Source: a virus (taxonomy: Duplodnaviria; Caudoviricetes). From it: a DNA stretch of 64,000 bases. The first letter of the stretch is position 1. The number at the start of each line of letters is the position of its first letter. The DNA is taken from IMG/VR virus record IMGVR_UViG_3300030329_001103, positions 1,855 through 65,854 of that record, one strand, 5' to 3'. The translations under genes and the position numbers were made by a program. Below, piece by piece: positions 22,301 to 26,130 of this stretch. The notes under the pieces are model-generated. The model was not told the DNA's origin. It saw only the letters and a list, made by a program, of their open reading frames with translations, and made no database searches.

Positions 22301-24464
22301 GGCAGGTATGTACTTTGTTAATGATCTATGGGTTGTACCTAATCCAGTTAAGATAGCTGAAAACAATCCAGTAATCCGAGAACACTTAGTACTCGATCCT
22401 GTTCAATTGACTGAAGGTATGAGAAGAGGTGTCGGTAATAAGATCTTTGAACAACAATTAGTTCAAGATATGTTCGGAGTAAAGGGAGACTTCCCGCTTA
22501 TCCTCGACTTATTTGAGAAGGTATTTGAAGATGGTGTACAACTCCTGAATGCTGACGGTACGGTCATTGATAGAGCTGGCTCAGATACAATAGCTAAAAG
22601 TATTGAAGAGCTAAGAGGCAAACACGACTTTGTTCAAGGGCTGCAAGAAACTCCAACTACTAGTAGTAGAGTTGAAGAGTTTATATATAATATTGCTCCC
22701 TCATTAACTAAGATAGCTTTTGCTGTAAACATGCCTATTGCTTCTTATACCTTCGAAGGTTTAATGTCATCCTTTATTGAATTAGTAGGTAAAAGAAACT
22801 TTACAGGACTTATAAGAGGAATCTTATCTCCTGCTTGGTGGGCAACCCAAAGTAAAGCACAGAAAGCTTCTAAGCTTAGGGATATTATTCGATATACTCA
22901 AGCGTTTAATAGAGCGTGGATTCCTGAATGGGATCGACCAGCGACTCAACCCAATCCTGGAGCACTCGAAGGATTTATCCAAGGATGGGGAGAACAGATG
23001 ATGCGACCGGCTCAGTGGATGCACGAAGCAATTGCTGCCACTAGAAGTGAAGACTATAGAAATCATCTTAGAGGTTTACTAGAAAATGGTAATAATTCTA
23101 AGCTAGCTCGACTAGTAACTGCTATTGAGAATGCACAAAGATCAGGCGCAGTAATTGATTACCGAACTCAACAAATGGTTGAAGGAGCAACAGCTGAATT
23201 AGAAACTCCAGATACTTTAGACGAGCTAATGAAAAGCAGAGAAGTCAATATACCAGAAGGTATGAGAGGTATAGTTAGATCTCTGTTTAACAGCGGAATG
23301 CTTGTAAGAGAGAACTTTACTCTATTGCAAAAAATGATTGAAGATTCGAGAAAACATTTCCGTAGTCAAAATATTGATACCTTCTCGCCAGCAGAAATGC
23401 TAAGCCATGCTTCTGCTCTATATGACCTACGTAATTCTACTGGTTCTAGTAAGGGTGACTCACAGCTTGATAAATTTAAGAATCGTTTGTTAATTATCCA
23501 AGCTCTTTCCAGTGCGGAACAAGATTACATCCAAGAAGTTATGGTATCCCCTAACGCCTTTGATGTGACTACAAGACGAGGCATAGGTCTTGGTGGCTTC
23601 TTATACGAGATCTTTAGACGATTCCCTGTGCTATTCATATGTCAGCATATCTTAAGAAAAGCTAAACACAACTCGCTTGCTAGATTAGGTCTGATGGTCG
23701 TTGGTATGCTCATATTAGATACTATATATATGATAGCACTTAGAGCAGCTATGGGTATGCCTCTTGAAGATCTATTAGAAGAATTTGAAAAAAATCCTGC
23801 ATCATTCCTAGGTAAACTAGCAGCTCGCTGGCCAATCTGGGGACGCTATGGACAGATAATAGCTGAAGTCATAAGCCAAATATCAGGCAATATCTCATCT
23901 TCACCGGGATCAATGATTCCTGCAGGTGCTTTAGCTACTACATTAAACCAAGCATTGAAAGCACTTAAGAGTGGTATCATCGCTCCCGCTAGTGGAGAAG
24001 ATGTAAACTGGCAGGATATAGTGAACTCTACACGATTGATACCGTTGGTTGGTGATACCTTCCTAAGACTAATCTTCTATCAGACACTAGGACAAGGTAT
24101 AGAGCGTAAGAAGATGGGAGGGGGCACAAGGTCATCTCGAGAGGCAGAACCTAATACAGAGCACGTAGGGGCTACTGTAGGCTCTCTCATGTATAACTGG
24201 GAAGCTATTACAGAAGCACTGCTTGAGGAAGTAGCTGTAGAAGAACCATTAGGGTTGCCTTATTACCCTGGAAACCCTTCGATGAACATGTTCCAACCTG
24301 ATCCAACTCCGGTTAAACAGCCGTTAGATTCCCAGCCTCCGTTACCACCTCAGACTGACATGCCGATATCGCAACCAGAACCGGTAGCTCCTATAATGGA
24401 CAGGCTTGAGGAAGCAGCGGGTGCAGCAGGAGGTACTGAACTAGCAGATCGACTAGGGGGTTGA
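7380..24464 (+). CDS. Giant 5,694-aa polyvalent internal virion protein with putative virion RNA polymerase, PD-(D/E)xK nuclease, DEDD exonuclease and zincin domains
   Basis: Uninterrupted 17-kb ORF with AAGGAG RBS. Motifs: GTTDIL..EIFDIKT..KQLSLYA; HDDRKSS..MMM / DDLY / RDFFKIPALRTMYTGG; LDIET..YNGVSFD..YTKED; AHELGH..EEFMA. Only one Cys found. Confidence 0.8.
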   Translation: MSREWAIKPIPLSFGQKAFNEYTGEQIQKRENVLSNFPLYAKDRKDIQYGTPFKPEDSQQWAWGMMNVHTAVWENMANSYPSGYIADNIASHKQRASVMQPITGYQNRKGYEMFDDSMMAFKPEAQKLIDGYAEGTAWNMLRLGNDYGRNPIAFNTGTDRREALGGTLTNETPEDLFLDEPPPGWNIKEALEQLSEINPVAWDTYKLVMGSEEKIHEIAEGSKTPGEVLYKLNNYVQSAAIMNSLDKNFEQMSWGEEMWALYGRGLIVNGIINDPDMPASLTVSLGLAPFTWGGSLLLGLGAKLLKASVSSIKWGKRLSRLAKIAGGTGAVVSHLAKVRHVLPETVGPTVMKKMFKNYDKWKGADEFWSWRQFSVNRLGDATEGSITGGFAEYSTQRYDKHYGLRDDIDMKGVLKESLVEAALSPIINPAVGGVHRAILGGPLYVANKTMIEYIPETFSKGLTENFKSLMQNFDPDQTAKMWTTTKKFVQLGEDISELTMDDVDPAALQDSSHMLNLVLEGVMNHTNVDRVEVMNTLSTVVGKIKAGVNTGDVAKDSLLGAMIESNKENFGGEGKLSLDQMAFLLADELSRKKGKNGQPNPYGINNTKFLLELEEKLAHFKNLSAFAKENGLSIEEAKKKIEDEGLFIEVYPGLKEEIVEQIGVDEYERLKETDEGKLKLSGIALDIFKEKEKQFQETVKAKRERVAEAQVEAEDAVAENENIYLDDEDIPEDVSLKELEQLKEWVENPGDATVTQIDVNINTYLEQGLINEVQANMLKKMTLEVSQGKREIQTLTAFENQIYEALPADAYVVTLIEWPSKNWLNAAYKLSKAGVPFHNRLAELRGEAQATTSERKTHEIISVDEHDNGADIKFRNDAGDILNLSIEVFDHAVMIDGVPEYGKMIEGHFSAEDQTKIDTMSGDPFTVLNTVGEQLLLYAKKFDVDFVRIMSQQGETETRKPGGPSARARIYQRMLNRIVGEVKPISSDEATGTFVYRYSDILEAQKRTAGEGESKDKEEVPEIIIPASRQEAIAKIEDYIKDFRENFSLSEDGSEYIDNAGNIFERVSSVIEEQIGEIDPEAAALKMGTLIDDVARDYITNPDEATKPEGWSDEAWEQFKDVWDPIIQQWKDEGRWYTAEETTFGSLDAGGSGRSIAGTTDILTITEDGKVEIFDIKTSKYDTSEWDTEFGDRLSKSERYSKQLSLYATLVEEALGLEVAEITAIPLELNYNETDLIPISITKNNNVGLRLLNNIRITNGGLVSRGTDARKSPLSTPAPEETEEDAPTDFQKWQDRLDTSITKTQKTIHDLTEENKSEDIPEEKKEKNIDIIKKLKESLKRLDSARRKYKKEIAEWEALDEITPRIKDLHKKMLTFEKELKDAERILYNNPEYIYIVELHKALGSGQTHIQGLIRHTWDKEAADNLTRNQWIKQRREALIAEQETEETKKTDDEIETQIKEEAKEFEREVTLDAIIEEGFRPSLALMLDNIPEESLINVDDEGNPVSNKNIITQLQSLLAIEKDPDPSEFSNMTKLKEAILSLPDVEVTKTELNKMNRGELNELYIKLKKKADRSGKVISRTVLLQAHQEADAKLTQMGLDIQGTEAFINLLEAKDKLEQASTEYNITKSALQDEATKTRGMALRSIGDWQELLAVQAVLKRYIDSSIALVENGEVQTARDIRDIAPAGSRLRKEINKIILEMENDEGPTNNDLDAAREKAKTLEDVSWEDAINGILHKLPWSFITDRAVSILDSDLETGAETKRKNWILNGLEQERTRISNLSPEQMWRTQVPRNLQYLAKTKLHQMSEQDWLTVEAADITGRDIELYDKKIFGAEAAAKELEALEIISNHLNDRRSGLNPDQPIRSAEIRKWAENTAYGEWAVSPSVLFKQAISKEHEIDLNKITDDELANLEVEITFDADLLVDVIRNLLEESLVYNSYFGRKIPSRLRKATVGETLKSLSLKRNKDGYFPAKEARRHIKDMYDAVLPILRERADEFGFVYEVNENTLWPSESSGPLEGLSPADRGKAEAKYENVARNAMIKRILKYLSKTGTRTLVDNIMEEVGYIKEKDVTNQQLAMILADKILLAIPSITEDNWTISSFGDGTVDWQPAKDAGEGLVDYFSMKSLVTKRHKVSIIQYDDGRFGIEVNGILDTDEHESTAILALTKGQGNMLALIPLYERLSIAENSRTRFRIEKITNIINAPEEVQAQYRKEWEEKIRNTKVEAALPEGAGVMIRIPDKRNPIYSGAIPTEDKLAAHFFPNLLLQTTEEEFLTREEILDAGMYYMLDLPNLSRAYIQDSVTYSAKAKKNRRLSAEVPTHVQITEEVITKDGIERKKVTGISMGSDFILPPHEILVNAIWENIGGSYQNVFDLAMESYEITRNHLIEKHGEEAFTKGKMWNRDVMHDDRKSSVWWEFMMMAGALNPKVQKTIDTIRQQLANKTYGGENFKQNLDDLYIESGIYVVGSIFDAPQHKDRSLSIPSFMSIFNNLQNIKDRTDWDRIYEAADTDQQKQMDVIRDFFKIPALRTMYTGGMKAFLSTFEGEKEEGTKWLQSASEVFGINIKDLRAELENLSKILYENSYIETGILMENALGMDEEIRSEVLKFMETKQDESELIKKSKDILQAVSRDPENINNIIGLNGILEVMEASVAHWVELAYPEGATPANMKKAKKRLVNDPLEKSKRYLTKLKAKGIAIPSGMKDEHWQFLHELWLPKEFKSWQHMDLFKMWNIMLSGAWQINAKNISQVAKTYGIMDYKLEHLMGLPEQNIYLRQRPQDTAQRAFDEYGILPNNKGIRFDRAEVDADKLAIYVEERKQSMNQAEFKKDPEYYFNQFILEYMEQDKDHRAALGAFDLVDSPMHKIYRDAKKEGATDKQAWDKVRAELDKMLWYEEMLTWSEKYPLPFEDYTIEDSNAEFYSHFMNSWNQSWEERAGTLPAELQQEKQARKEMNDKPWRKEFIEGRVKMGRSLVVDPKRPHINPYAVVEYDDAVASKYDHPLTVDSENSKGPISFIPKMNNYSFANRGMMGLELALRTRKLNERMDPIEQVLANTNETLSTKEGAEEVIKPYLEGRKPSIAAPESALGRISPWNLNTIPEPLPPIPQYIVEEALELDDTRLGQEVGRFYQRITEYARSIGMEDELDNPEAWPFLNYMLRTQNVIKRNLQFTKRGASKTLGETLAIRSRFKEDFLEISQLSRDLREETRDVMDLETPGKPLGIHKPPVDMTLGEFLGSKPTSMTDPTPLIDHTLLWDQLDFTVPEESVVDQATLIDEQGNEHPIESKTSQFLTNINFNKDFIKYAVSSLLTEAYGVEEIRKFKDGKYASLVEPGSENLDNYFDIIDQFSLEDLRELLYNIKNGAKESPVYLHMDLRLIRELGEASPEKRKEMADHLFVGIENAELATTNEKTGIRHKFKHREGGIYSGMHAWLAVPSRVKGDTARLRITPEGLIRMVMTLTNSDLLWRAQMSAISGRSLGVDVDFDGAPISTVATSRLVRENEGANNVRRIRKRSIQETTALDIIMGKTETGKPQLRTVTSGRSTIRSAAVRHVNYGDYHHPRHKGRLQNFVIDEVYYGIANGLVTQINTLGNGDLNTAVDKVQEYIHKARMGEAHEKNVIDILALTVLANSDGNNFHQIDVDTLTAFLYNEEIGNPDSTKVITAARNEAYELYRNLQSLISKDEHVWSGNDYDALAADFVYKLAAKEYQYPDNPKLNMTAEEMVDQMYEDFFKRVDQEAPLRIDATEVIVDVMQNLGMSQEDALKMPEVVNYQEWLADTNKTYQLDIETDHTNENIISIGIKEGSKETRYVGNSSEFLSQKQALAILKAIEKNQQDGYKVSAYNGVSFDWRILGKVAGDHNLAARIALRSIDPFENLRSFKSRNKGVGYHAWHGLEAVAERLAKKPWEKSMDGLEAYLYWLRGQGIEINKESVMKYNIDLDKIKNLKEHKGKGNSAVFKYYNDIEPSDATTKLKKYTKEDVDILNEVYHALNKKTNQQDRTSHIGEYSVTIDQMYPTWFLDARRDLEYKGLGEEKLFFAEWDSTIKEQILELSGNMRKSNFSNVIANGDIRKNKDLALAALHKAIGREEEAEINSVSEWIDSKVKHEFKDIATASAANDHLYKYEEIHRGQLRDIFDHINELVTTHEALTEHDAMLMRDLVLRIYHVNPFNILDLHIVNQINEEKGVPVSGAMKTEEGKFEIRIGKGFVDIQEIGGGRAPLIFAHELGHVGRLKWIESNRKEWRQYRDIMHSDGGKEFIKAMVQAFNEGRWDAKAEKEYERYTTDVEEFMAAMYGYYMLEGQLPAYTEYLDSTKGKKALPPGYHDAEDKSWSILRRIFDFVLNRLQRVANVFRVFRHQHPEAAEVSEKLIQRMLGWSADNTALIQYASDVPTGELMFMEPRFPQVEEKAPVYDDAFIIEAWQRMKTLEAKAATTTGLTKEENHEYGEIVRLINSDEMSTPDELNTTRWERVTVMSDIMDRDMLDPESKSMFGTDAAMSLPDLFYVLHTVNEETLTPATALERRVLASHILRTTKKEFGYQVNNSAGEAMRAAGKFLSKMGQKLGIADSEEAISQLMTDVLVGNTGANYTFNSLFTIPIMLTSLLESKVAGMSGNYTNIFGQRDISGSLRQLETWSSAIGAITNEIIIEVGGTIDKIAGKIVSEGNKNIMADISFKILQAVQGEMDTKDYLKTWELDIPELADTEVPAKALEIARLLHNQLTFFQAEGTALGMFSKFMHAIPMQLQNSIWTEGEVGKGYTTLRTEMRNEVQKRIEDPINSSLVEPTLVYAANFLPDLDQEGMADWFESIAINNPSQLLMGDLVATRALQYLKQIGTKDWVTRDQVTALTARIRAGEHKVVAAVRVATKSIMDGFGEKRIDWEFLKRQQDRSADYAGAYKGLKDRYSAILDSENYSTETALSVKRKLAQLSSHSLGLGLEKYYFKSRKGSSVLPMNSDTPIDLITSTMLSRAAAGMYFVNDLWVVPNPVKIAENNPVIREHLVLDPVQLTEGMRRGVGNKIFEQQLVQDMFGVKGDFPLILDLFEKVFEDGVQLLNADGTVIDRAGSDTIAKSIEELRGKHDFVQGLQETPTTSSRVEEFIYNIAPSLTKIAFAVNMPIASYTFEGLMSSFIELVGKRNFTGLIRGILSPAWWATQSKAQKASKLRDIIRYTQAFNRAWIPEWDRPATQPNPGALEGFIQGWGEQMMRPAQWMHEAIAATRSEDYRNHLRGLLENGNNSKLARLVTAIENAQRSGAVIDYRTQQMVEGATAELETPDTLDELMKSREVNIPEGMRGIVRSLFNSGMLVRENFTLLQKMIEDSRKHFRSQNIDTFSPAEMLSHASALYDLRNSTGSSKGDSQLDKFKNRLLIIQALSSAEQDYIQEVMVSPNAFDVTTRRGIGLGGFLYEIFRRFPVLFICQHILRKAKHNSLARLGLMVVGMLILDTIYMIALRAAMGMPLEDLLEEFEKNPASFLGKLAARWPIWGRYGQIIAEVISQISGNISSSPGSMIPAGALATTLNQALKALKSGIIAPASGEDVNWQDIVNSTRLIPLVGDTFLRLIFYQTLGQGIERKKMGGGTRSSREAEPNTEHVGATVGSLMYNWEAITEALLEEVAVEEPLGLPYYPGNPSMNMFQPDPTPVKQPLDSQPPLPPQTDMPISQPEPVAPIMDRLEEAAGAAGGTELADRLGG

Positions 24465-24522
24465 GAATTTACACGGGCATAGGGTAGTACGAACTGGATT
24501 CGTTTCCCCCCCGTACCCCCTT

Positions 24523-24542
24523 ATGATGGTATTCTCCATCAA
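24523..24542 (+). repeat. Partial copy of early-region repeat (hairpin TGATGG-TATTCT-CCATCA)
   Basis: ATGATGGTATTCTCCATCAA, 19/20 identical to the start of the copies at 24808 and 25183. Confidence 0.8.
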
Positions 24543-24588
24543 GCTATGAGTTCCAGCTTAAAGGACTCAATTCAAAGGCATAAGCGCT

Positions 24589-24762
24589 ATGAACTACGAC
24601 ACCAGTTTTGTCATTGCGTGTATGTCCATCTGTCTATCAATGTATTCATTATGGACATGTTGGAATACTTCGGCTGATAGCAGCAAATTAAACGAAGTAT
24701 ATAGGAAAGATTTACAAAGTCTCATGAAGAAACTAAATGAGATGAATAAAGATCTTTCCTAA
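24589..24762 (+). CDS. Small membrane-anchored early protein (57 aa, not in ORF track)
   Basis: MNYDTSFVIACMSICLSMYSLW...; lies between repeat copy 1 and a terminator. Confidence 0.55.
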   Translation: MNYDTSFVIACMSICLSMYSLWTCWNTSADSSKLNEVYRKDLQSLMKKLNEMNKDLS

Positions 24763-24769
24763 CACACTC

Positions 24770-24803
24770 GATTTCTTAGGTCGAAAGGCCTAAGAGATTT
24801 TTT
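24770..24803 (+). terminator. Rho-independent terminator (GAAA tetraloop), copy 1
   Basis: GATTTCTTAGGTC-GAAA-GGCCTAAGAGATT followed by T-run; near-duplicate at 28872. Confidence 0.7.
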
Positions 24804-24807
24804 AAGA

Positions 24808-24853
24808 ATGATGGTATCCTCCATCAACCCTGCGCTTGGGTAAAGCGTGTTAC
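24808..24853 (+). repeat. 46-bp direct repeat, copy 2 (candidate promoter/leader)
   Basis: ATGATGGTATCCTCCATCAACCCTGCGCTTGGGTAAAGCGTGTTAC, identical to 25183-25228; each copy lies just upstream of a small ORF. Confidence 0.9.
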
Positions 24854-24866
24854 AGAGAGCAAACCA

Positions 24867-25088
24867 ATGAGATATTGCTTAGTGCAATGCATCATGGGTC
24901 TGTCGATCGCTGCGTTTATGATCCTTGGACGGATATGCATGGATGCTGCAAGAGCTGTTGTCTCCGACGATGCAATCATGGTACTTTGGATAGTACTTGG
25001 TTTCATGTGTTGGGGTATAGCAGTCGCTTGTGGAATCTATTGTATTATGCTGGCCATAGATGAATGGAACGCACGAATGGGCAGATAA
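24867..25088 (+). CDS. Small protein with two predicted transmembrane helices
   Basis: 73 aa, two hydrophobic stretches; fills the cassette between repeat and hairpin element. Confidence 0.55.
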   Translation: MRYCLVQCIMGLSIAAFMILGRICMDAARAVVSDDAIMVLWIVLGFMCWGIAVACGIYCIMLAIDEWNARMGR

Positions 25089-25102
25089 CCTCGATGTACA
25101 AC

Positions 25103-25182
25103 GGAGCTTCGGCTCCCCTCCCCTGTCTGCAGCACAGGGGACGAATACAGATACATTCCTTCGGGCGTGTGTCTGTATTCGT
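25103..25182 (+). ncRNA. Three-hairpin structured RNA element, copy A
   Basis: GGAGC-UUCG-GCUCC; UCCCCUGU-CUGCAGC-ACAGGGGA; long stem with cUUCGg loop and G-U pairs; covaries with the copy at 25536. Confidence 0.65.
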
Positions 25183-25228
25183 ATGATGGTATCCTCCATC
25201 AACCCTGCGCTTGGGTAAAGCGTGTTAC
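25183..25228 (+). repeat. 46-bp direct repeat, copy 3
   Basis: Identical to 24808-24853. Confidence 0.9.
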
Positions 25229-25247
25229 TAGATGATAGGATTTTCTG

Positions 25248-25523
25248 ATGAAGAAGATTTTTATTGTTGATGTATGTGGTGAAGCTCCTGTGCCTTACAC
25301 TGACATGATGGACGCTTTCAATGCGGCTATTAACGCCGTACTGAAAGAAGGTTATCATGCACATGTGTACCTTGACGGAAGACAAGTTCTTTATGTCAAG
25401 AACAGAGACAACCATGTTGAAGTATGCCAAACTATCTTCATCTGCAAGGATGATGTAAAGAATGGTCGCTACAACTGTCGCTACGACACTGGTGATAAGC
25501 GCCACGTACATCTGGTAGTATAA
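25248..25523 (+). CDS. Hypothetical early protein
   Basis: 91-aa ORF with AGGA RBS right after repeat copy 3. Confidence 0.65.
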   Translation: MKKIFIVDVCGEAPVPYTDMMDAFNAAINAVLKEGYHAHVYLDGRQVLYVKNRDNHVEVCQTIFICKDDVKNGRYNCRYDTGDKRHVHLVV

Positions 25524-25535
25524 CTACCATCCAAT

Positions 25536-25613
25536 GGCGTTAGCGCCCCGCCCTCACCTGCAGCGTGAGGGCCTAATACAGATACATTCCTTCGGGCGTG
25601 TGTCTGTATTAGG
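25536..25613 (+). ncRNA. Three-hairpin structured RNA element, copy B
   Basis: GGCG-UUAG-CGCC; GCCCUCAC-CUGCAGC-GUGAGGGC; same 36-nt core hairpin as copy A with compensatory outer pairs. Confidence 0.65.
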
Positions 25614-25752
25614 TTGCGCGAGAAAGAAATACAACTCTTCACAAGGAGGTGAAGCCAAAGTTGTGAGAGTGTATTGCCTTCGGGCAGCCTACTAGGGCAT
25701 ACTCGCCGTGAGTATGTTCGCCGTTAATGCGAACTTTTTTGAAAGGTTTGTC

Positions 25753-25980
25753 ATGGGTTATTTACTGGGCCCTTTCCGCGAAGCTCAACCACAAAATCGC
25801 GGAGCATATTGTCGTACGCCAGGAGATCTTAAGCTTCTCAGCAAGTGGAAAAAAGATATGGAAGCAAGAAAATCTGGTGCTAAAGTCAAAGGACAATGTC
25901 CAAAGTGCAAGAAGTACTATTATAGTGATAAAGTTCTTTATTGTGCTGTTGGTCATGCTACAGAAGCTATTGTACGATAA
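25753..25980 (+). CDS. Small basic protein with putative Zn-ribbon (CPKC...C..H)
   Basis: ATG at 25753 after GAAAGG, in frame with track ORF 25708..25980. Confidence 0.55.
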   Translation: MGYLLGPFREAQPQNRGAYCRTPGDLKLLSKWKKDMEARKSGAKVKGQCPKCKKYYYSDKVLYCAVGHATEAIVR

Positions 25981-26130
25981 GTCACCGTTCCGGTGGAGTG
26001 TGTGCTATCCCTTAGCGGGGATGGCATAACTTTTTGTTCAGCTCTACCCTAGCCAACAGGGTTAAAGAGTGTAGTATCTATTTGTTGGTGAGTTTTTTAT
26101 GGAGGCATTCTCTTCGGAGAATGTACTATT

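Noticed and set aside
7380-24464. Two-barrel (crAss-like) virion RNAP or intein explanation for the giant ORF
   Set aside because: No DxDGD motif in convincing context (DVDFDGA near 17829 lacks the final Asp) and no intein splice motifs seen; single-subunit motifs fit better.
24808-25228. CRISPR array
   Set aside because: Only two full repeats, separated by about 330 bp containing an ORF; no cas operon.
24879-25511. 210-aa minus-strand ORF and the other minus-strand ORFs in the track
   Set aside because: Shadow frames of + strand genes; the genome is unidirectional and these show no recognisable motifs.
24759-25620. Integron-like attC array (ORFs end in TAAC, repeats end in GTTAC)
   Set aside because: R-box complementarity within each cassette is poor beyond 4 nt, the intervening sequence folds as several + strand RNA hairpins, and there is no tyrosine recombinase in the window.
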